A DNA stretch of 64,000 nt from Desulfatiglandales bacterium (GTDB lineage Bacteria > Desulfobacterota > DSM-4660 > Desulfatiglandales > HGW-15): contig CAXXJJ010000001.1 of the NCBI GenBank assembly GCA_963667015.2, positions 288,001 to 352,000 on the forward strand. The letters run 5' to 3'. A model generated the notes under the pieces. The model was given only the letters and a program-made list of their open reading frames with translations, was not told the DNA's origin and made no database searches. The position numbers and the translations under genes were made by a program. Each line of letters starts with the position of its first letter. Positions within the stretch are counted from its first letter, which is position 1. Positions 58,286-64,000 of the stretch are shown piece after piece.

Positions 58286-60295
58286 TTACACCCCAAAAAC
58301 CTCGCTACAGCTTTGGTTGAAGTATTCACAGGCATCAGTGAAGGCATAGGGTTTCCCGATAAAAATAAGTATATCCCCGGCATTGATAACAAAACTGCTT
58401 TCAGGATTGCTGACAGTGCTTCCGCCTCTTTGAACTGCCAGCAGGGTTATTCCAAACTGATTTCGAAGCTGCAGCTCGCTGAGAGACCTGCCGGCTACAG
58501 TTGAATCAGGGTCTATTCTGAATGTCCCTATCTCTATATCCGGCAGCTGGTATTTCAGATCTGCAAAACTGTTGGATGCCTTTTCCCTGGATCTGAGCAT
58601 CTGATAGCCTCCGGTGCGTATGTCACTGACATGTTTGTCAATCTCACTTTTAGGAATAAGGTACTTGGAAAGTGCCCTGCTGAATATCTCTATGGAGGTT
58701 TCAAATTCTTCAGGTATTATCTCATTTGCCCCCAGCCGGGCCAGTTCCTCAACCTCTGACATAAATCTCGTACGGGCAATTATATATATCTTCGGATTTA
58801 TTTTTCTTGCCGTATCCACAACCCTTTGAGTCGCTGCCGGATCGGCAATAACAACAACCAGTATCCTTGCTTCTGAAATACCCGCTCCTTTAAGCACCTC
58901 TTCCCTGGTTGCATCACCGAAAAATATGGGTTCTCCCTTTTTCCTCTCGGCTGAGACGGTGTCAGGGTTTGTCTCAACTACCCTGTAGCTAATGCCCGAG
59001 GCCTTCAATGTCTTTGCCAGATTCCTGCCGTTGAGTCCGAAGCCGATAATGATGATATGATCCGTAATCTTATTATCAATAATCCCGGCTGTCAGATCAT
59101 TTCGCCACCCGGTTAAAAGACGGTTTCTTATCTGGATTTTGTCCACCTTTGATGCGATCAGGTGGGAAAGGTATATCATAGCAGGTGTCAGGCCCATGGA
59201 GATTACCGCAATATTTAAAAACAACTGGTAGTATTCGCCCCTGAAAAGTCCCAGATCTACACCCTTCATAAAGAGTATAAAGCTGAATTCACCTACCTGG
59301 CACAGAGAAAGCCCTGTCAGTAAGGCGATGCGGAGGGGCAACCCGACAATTAGCACTGCAATTATAACCACAAGACATTTAATCAGTATAATGGACAGAG
59401 TCATTAAGGTTACCTGAAGAGGGTGTTCCAGAAGAAAGCCCAAATTCAGGAGCATGCCCATGGATACAAAGAAGATGCTCGTGAAAATATCCTTAAAAGG
59501 GAGAATGCTTCCAAGCGTTTCATGGCTGAACTCTGTTTCCGAGATAATAAGCCCGGCAAGAAACGCGCCAAGGGAAAGTGACAGGCCGACATAGTATGTC
59601 AAAAATGCTACTGAAAAGCATATAAAGATGATACTTAAAAGAAAAAGCTCCCGGCTTCTTACCCTTGCTATTAAAAAAAGGACCTTGGGGACAATCCACC
59701 TTGCACTTAATATTACCAGTACAATTATTCCTCCACCCTTAAGAAGACCGAGTGCGGCACCTAATATATTTTCCGATGAACCTCCTGCCATGAGAGGGAG
59801 TATGATCATCATGGGTACGACAATAATATCCTGAAAAATCAGGAGAGCAAGAGAGGTCCGACCCTGGGGAGTTTCTATCTCGGCCCTGTCCTGGAATATC
59901 TTAAGGACAATTGCCGTACTGCTCAATGCCACAAGAAACCCGGCGAACAATCCGTGGATAACAGGCATCCCTGCCTTTAAGGCAATAAAAAAGGTTATAA
60001 GAATGGTAATCAGTACCTGGGCTGAGCCTCCAAGCAGGACAGTCCTCTTCACACGAAGCAGGTTTTCCATTGAAAATTCAATGCCTATTGTAAAGAGCAG
60101 CAGGACAACCCCTATTTCTGCAAGGATCTCAACCTCATCGACTGAATGAATCAGACCCAGGCCATGGGGACCGGCAATAATGCCGGTTATTAAAAGCCCC
60201 ACGGTTGCGGGGATGTATATCCTGGAGCATATAAAAATAACAACGATTGCCAGCCCGAATATAATGATGATGTCTTTAAGGATCGGTATTTCCAT
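58286..60295 (-). CDS. CPA2 (Kef-type) cation/proton antiporter with TrkA-N and TrkA-C domains
   Basis: AEIGVVLLLFTIGIEF, LSSTAIV, FQDI, GFGLNG and GDATR motifs. Confidence 0.93.
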   Translation of the reverse strand: MEIPILKDIIIIFGLAIVVIFICSRIYIPATVGLLITGIIAGPHGLGLIHSVDEVEILAEIGVVLLLFTIGIEFSMENLLRVKRTVLLGGSAQVLITILITFFIALKAGMPVIHGLFAGFLVALSSTAIVLKIFQDRAEIETPQGRTSLALLIFQDIIVVPMMIILPLMAGGSSENILGAALGLLKGGGIIVLVILSARWIVPKVLFLIARVRSRELFLLSIIFICFSVAFLTYYVGLSLSLGAFLAGLIISETEFSHETLGSILPFKDIFTSIFFVSMGMLLNLGFLLEHPLQVTLMTLSIILIKCLVVIIAVLIVGLPLRIALLTGLSLCQVGEFSFILFMKGVDLGLFRGEYYQLFLNIAVISMGLTPAMIYLSHLIASKVDKIQIRNRLLTGWRNDLTAGIIDNKITDHIIIIGFGLNGRNLAKTLKASGISYRVVETNPDTVSAERKKGEPIFFGDATREEVLKGAGISEARILVVVIADPAATQRVVDTARKINPKIYIIARTRFMSEVEELARLGANEIIPEEFETSIEIFSRALSKYLIPKSEIDKHVSDIRTGGYQMLRSREKASNSFADLKYQLPDIEIGTFRIDPDSTVAGRSLSELQLRNQFGITLLAVQRGGSTVSNPESSFVINAGDILIFIGKPYAFTDACEYFNQSCSEVFGV

Positions 60296-60563
60296 GGTTT
60301 TCTGTTTATAAAATAGTGTATTAAGCTGCCTGAACATGAAAACGAATGGATGCCAGATTACCATATTGTATGGCTATATTAAACCAGGTTTTTAAAGCTG
60401 TCGGCACAACCGGGTTTCCCGCATCTCCTCAAAATGACAGCAGGATAAAATCTTACGGGGCAGATCAATTCAGGGGAATGAAAAAAACATTTGTGTTTAG
60501 CCCCCGGGATATCGTAACTTTATCTCATTCCATAATAGTTAAACAGACAGGGAGAAATTTAAA

Positions 60564-61103
60564 ATGGTAATGCCCGAAATACAAAAAAGAAGGAGTATAA
60601 GAAAGTTCAACGACCAGCCTGTTGAGCCGGAAAAAATAGACATAATAATCGAGGCCGCTCTAAGATCCCCTTCTTCCATGGGAAGAGACCCGTGGGAATT
60701 CATTGTTGTTGATGACAAAGAGATGCTTGAAAAACTCTCAAAGGCCAAACCCCATGGCTCCGCATTTTTAAAGGGCGCGGCCCTGGGCATTGTGGTTTGT
60801 GCAGATAAAAACAAGAGTGATGTGTGGATCGAGGACACCTCAATCGCCTCCACGCATATCTATCTCGCCGCAGAATCACTGGGGCTTGGCGCCTGCTGGA
60901 TACAATTGCGAAAGAGGAATTTTTCGTATGATATGACCGCAGGGCAGTATGCCGCATCGCTCTTAAGCCTTCCGGAAGGAATGGAGGTTCTTTCAATAAT
61001 GGCAATAGGCTACGCAGCAGAAGAAAAAAGCCCCCATAAAAAGGAAAGCCTCAAATATGATCGTATTCATAAAAATATGTATGGGATTAAGATACAGGAT
61101 TAA
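60564..61103 (+). CDS. Nitroreductase family protein
   Basis: RRSIRKF, SPSS, PWEFIVV and LGLGACW motifs. Confidence 0.93.
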   Translation: MVMPEIQKRRSIRKFNDQPVEPEKIDIIIEAALRSPSSMGRDPWEFIVVDDKEMLEKLSKAKPHGSAFLKGAALGIVVCADKNKSDVWIEDTSIASTHIYLAAESLGLGACWIQLRKRNFSYDMTAGQYAASLLSLPEGMEVLSIMAIGYAAEEKSPHKKESLKYDRIHKNMYGIKIQD

Positions 61104-61197
61104 AACCGGGAAAAGGCAGAAAAAATCCTCTAACCCGGATAATTAACCCGATAAACCGGCTATTAAAAGTCACAGTGAAGCAGAGGAAGGAAAAACC

Positions 61198-61602
61198 ATG
61201 CCAATCACCATTAAATCCATATCGGAATATAACCTGGTTATTATCACTCATACAGGTGAGATTAAAGATGATGAGTTCCTTGAATTTTATTCACGACATT
61301 TCAAAGGAGAAATATATGGTCCATCTAAAAAAGCGTTGATCGATTTACGTGAAGCTGACAGCCGACCCAGAAACCCGGAGACCCTCCGTCAATTAGCCGG
61401 TTTTGTGATGGAGCACTTCAACAACTCCTCTGAGCCTCCAAAAGTCGCGGTAATTGCACCAAAATCTCTTACCTTTGGGCTCGCAAGAATGTACCAGTCC
61501 TATACTGATTCCATGCCCTGGGAGTTTGTCGTATTTCGAGCTGTTGACGCTGCTCTTGCATGGCTCAATGTGCCCGAGGATATAATTGCCTGTGAGGGAT
61601 GA
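61198..61602 (+). CDS. Hypothetical STAS/SpoIIAA-like protein
   Basis: LIDLREA, KVAVIAP..LTFGLARMY and F...AALAWL motifs. Confidence 0.7.
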   Translation: MPITIKSISEYNLVIITHTGEIKDDEFLEFYSRHFKGEIYGPSKKALIDLREADSRPRNPETLRQLAGFVMEHFNNSSEPPKVAVIAPKSLTFGLARMYQSYTDSMPWEFVVFRAVDAALAWLNVPEDIIACEG

Positions 61603-61697
61603 TAGCCCTGAGCTGATTTTACAGTTGATTTTGTATATTTTGAAAAAAGGTGCTATTTAAGGAATGCTTACAGAGATTATCTTTTCGGAGGAAGGGC

Positions 61698-62432
61698 ATG
61701 AAATTACTGTTTATCTTTTTGACACTCATCCTGGTGATTTCACCGGGCAAAACAAATGTATATTCTGCCGATAAAAAATCTGTTGATGAGATTTCGAATC
61801 AGCAAAAGCTGTGTGCCCTGACCTTTGATGACGGTCCCGGTTCGGATCCCGAATTAACTCCGCTGGTTCTGGATAAGCTTAAGGCCTATGGGATAAGGGC
61901 GACATTTTTTCTGGTCGGACAGAATATAAATGATGCCACAAAGGGTGTTGTTGAACGTATGGTTTCCGATGGCCATGAGATTGGTAATCATTCCTGGACA
62001 TATGACGATATGGCCGGGATGAGCGCTGATGAGATAAAGAAATCTGTAAATGATACTGCTAGAGTTATTAAGAAATACGCCGGAGTTGCGCCGGTTTTTT
62101 TCCGGCCTCCAAATCTTTCAACAAGCAGCACCATGTATAAGGCCATTGATATGCCCTTTGCAGGGGGTATTGTTGCCGGAGACTGGCCGGGCGGAGGTGG
62201 TGATACGGTTGAGCATATCATGCAGAAACTTGAGCCCGGGATAAGAGACGGCGCCATAATCCTCCTTCATGATGTTCAGCCAAAACCGCATCCGACTCCT
62301 GAGGCGCTTGATACATTAATCCCGAAGCTTTTAAAAGAGGGGTATGAGTTTGTGACATTAAGTGAACTCTTTAAAAGAAAAGGCGCTGTACCGGATTCTG
62401 AAACACAAGACATGTATGTATATGTAGAATAA
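61698..62432 (+). CDS. Secreted polysaccharide deacetylase (CE4/NodB)
   Basis: ALTFDDGP, HEIGNHSWT, FFRPP and IILLHD motifs; second metal His replaced by Tyr. Confidence 0.9.
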   Translation: MKLLFIFLTLILVISPGKTNVYSADKKSVDEISNQQKLCALTFDDGPGSDPELTPLVLDKLKAYGIRATFFLVGQNINDATKGVVERMVSDGHEIGNHSWTYDDMAGMSADEIKKSVNDTARVIKKYAGVAPVFFRPPNLSTSSTMYKAIDMPFAGGIVAGDWPGGGGDTVEHIMQKLEPGIRDGAIILLHDVQPKPHPTPEALDTLIPKLLKEGYEFVTLSELFKRKGAVPDSETQDMYVYVE

Positions 62433-62455
62433 CCGGAAATGGAGGTCCTGCTCAA

Positions 62456-63172
62456 ATGAGTGAAGCAAAACAGAAAATAGCATTATTCATAGACGCGGAT
62501 AACGCACCGGCAAACAAGTTTGAAGACGTCCTGAGCGAGGTTGCCAAATATGGAGTTGTAACAATAAGGAAGGCATACGGGAACTGGAAGTCTCCAACGC
62601 TGAAACCATGGGAAGATATTTTACATGAATATGCAATCCAGCCGGTGCAGCAGTTTGACATAATCAAGGGCAAAAATGCCTCGGATATAGCCCTGGTTAT
62701 TGACGCAATGGATGTCATGTATACAAAGGATATTGATGTAATGGGATTTGTTTCTTCTGACTGTGATTTTACCCCGCTTGTTACACGCGCCATTGCCGAG
62801 GGTAAGGTTGCCCTGGGATTCGGCGAACGTAAGACCCCTTCACCCTTTGTGGCGGCATGCTCAAAATTTCTGTTTCTGGATGAGGAACCCAAACAGAACG
62901 GAGAGGCCCAGGAAAAACCTAAAAATTTAAAATCCGATACAAAGCTTATTAATCTGCTGCGCCAGGCAGTTGAAGCAACAGAGGAAGAAAACGGCTGGGC
63001 AGGTCTTGGTCCGGTTGGAGCCCATATATCCAATAAAACATCATTTGACAGCAGGAATTACGGTTACGCAAAATTAAGCAGTCTTTTTAAGGCTATTGAC
63101 CTGTTCGAGATCAAGAGAAATTCGGATAATTCCTATATAGTAAGGGATGCACGGAAGAAAAAGATAACTTAA
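62456..63172 (+). CDS. NYN domain plus OST-HTH/LOTUS protein
   Basis: LFIDADN, GKNASDIALVIDAMD, SSDCDFTPL and FDSRNYGYAKLS motifs. Confidence 0.92.
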   Translation: MSEAKQKIALFIDADNAPANKFEDVLSEVAKYGVVTIRKAYGNWKSPTLKPWEDILHEYAIQPVQQFDIIKGKNASDIALVIDAMDVMYTKDIDVMGFVSSDCDFTPLVTRAIAEGKVALGFGERKTPSPFVAACSKFLFLDEEPKQNGEAQEKPKNLKSDTKLINLLRQAVEATEEENGWAGLGPVGAHISNKTSFDSRNYGYAKLSSLFKAIDLFEIKRNSDNSYIVRDARKKKIT

Positions 63173-63204
63173 TTTTGGAATAATTAAAAAGGACTTTATT
63201 GTAA

Positions 63205-64000
63205 ATGAATACCCATGATCTCTTAAGATTAATTGAAGATTCAAACACCATTCTCGGTGAAGGAGCGGTTATAGAACGTTTAAGGCGGGACAGCAGTTTT
63301 GAACTTGACCCCCATATTGTAAATTCCGCTTTTATCTATGATGAGCATAAACGGGCTGCCATGGAGAAAATCTACCGCGGCTATATGGACACAGGGCATG
63401 AATATGATCTTCCTCTTATCCTGTCCACTCCGACATGGCGGGCCAGCCGGAGCAGGATAAAGGATGCCGGGTATGATGCATATGATGTAAATGCCGATAA
63501 TTACAGGTTTCTGGATGAGCTGCGCAAAGGCTATGGAGACTATGGAAATAAAATCATCATATGCGGTCTTATGAGCTGTAAGGGTGATGCCTATACCCCG
63601 GAAGATGCCTTAAGCCTTGATGATGCAAGGGAGTTTCACATGTGGCAGGCAGAAAAACTGGCAGGAGCAGGGGTGGATTTTACACTCGCTGCGACCTTAC
63701 CGGCCCTTGATGAGGCAAAGGGCCTGGCCTTTGCCCTGGCAGCTGCAGGAAGCCCCTATGTAATAAGTTTTGTTGCACGGCCGGAAGGAACCATGCTCGA
63801 TGGAACCCCGTTAAAAAGAGCAATAGCCGAGATTGACAGTGCGGTCAGCCCTAAACCCCTGGCGTTTATGCTCAACTGCACCCATGCATCCTTTGCAAAG
63901 GCAGCGCTGATGCACGAAACAAACTCTTCCCCCATGGTAAGAGAACGCATTATCGGACTTTTTGCAAATACCGCTGCTCTCAGTCCCGAAGATCTTAACA
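63205..64000 (+). CDS. Homocysteine S-methyltransferase family protein, runs off the window
   Basis: Manual translation MNTHDLLRLIEDSNTILGEGAVIERLRR...STPTWRAS...GVDF..AAT...NCTH. Confidence 0.85.
   Translation, partial: MNTHDLLRLIEDSNTILGEGAVIERLRRDSSFELDPHIVNSAFIYDEHKRAAMEKIYRGYMDTGHEYDLPLILSTPTWRASRSRIKDAGYDAYDVNADNYRFLDELRKGYGDYGNKIIICGLMSCKGDAYTPEDALSLDDAREFHMWQAEKLAGAGVDFTLAATLPALDEAKGLAFALAAAGSPYVISFVARPEGTMLDGTPLKRAIAEIDSAVSPKPLAFMLNCTHASFAKAALMHETNSSPMVRERIIGLFANTAALSPEDLN

Noticed and set aside
1..64000. CRISPR array, rRNA, prophage, reverse transcriptase or selenoprotein read-through
   Set aside because: No regularly spaced repeat-spacer array, rRNA-like tract, phage structural genes, YxDD RT ORF or convincing in-frame TGA continuation was noticed by eye.

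Overview
Chromosomal segment with roughly 40-45% GC (estimated by eye), most likely from an anaerobic Desulfobacterota-type deltaproteobacterium. The lineage is inferred from PPDK, EtfAB, a PEP-CTERM protein, several sigma54 promoters and archaeal-like PyrG/ThyA. Housekeeping blocks flank the window: nifS-like, ppdK, etfBA, tRNA-Met and fabD on the left; dinG, larE, HU, pyrE, pyrG, der, motB x2, rlmN and thyA on the right. Between them is an accessory region (about 9-41.6 kb). It holds an IS1634 element, a TonB receptor with a nucleoside-hydrolase/FmdE fusion, a RAYT transposase with REP hairpins and a PEP-CTERM gene. The most unusual signals are five. (1) A co-oriented T2SSF / beta-propeller / Ycf46-like AAA / radical SAM / FGE-sulfatase / HEAT / decayed-Hsp70 locus whose FGE gene ends in a segment with the codon signature of a DGR variable region; no RT or template repeat is in the window. 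(2) A structured non-coding element upstream of that locus. (3) An 'empty' duplicate of the PEP-CTERM expression cassette that could make a sigma54-dependent sRNA. (4) A second ORF-less sigma54 transcript next to etfA. (5) A PadR-linked membrane protein carrying a FliF-like ring-building segment. All family assignments come from motif recognition by eye, not from database searches.
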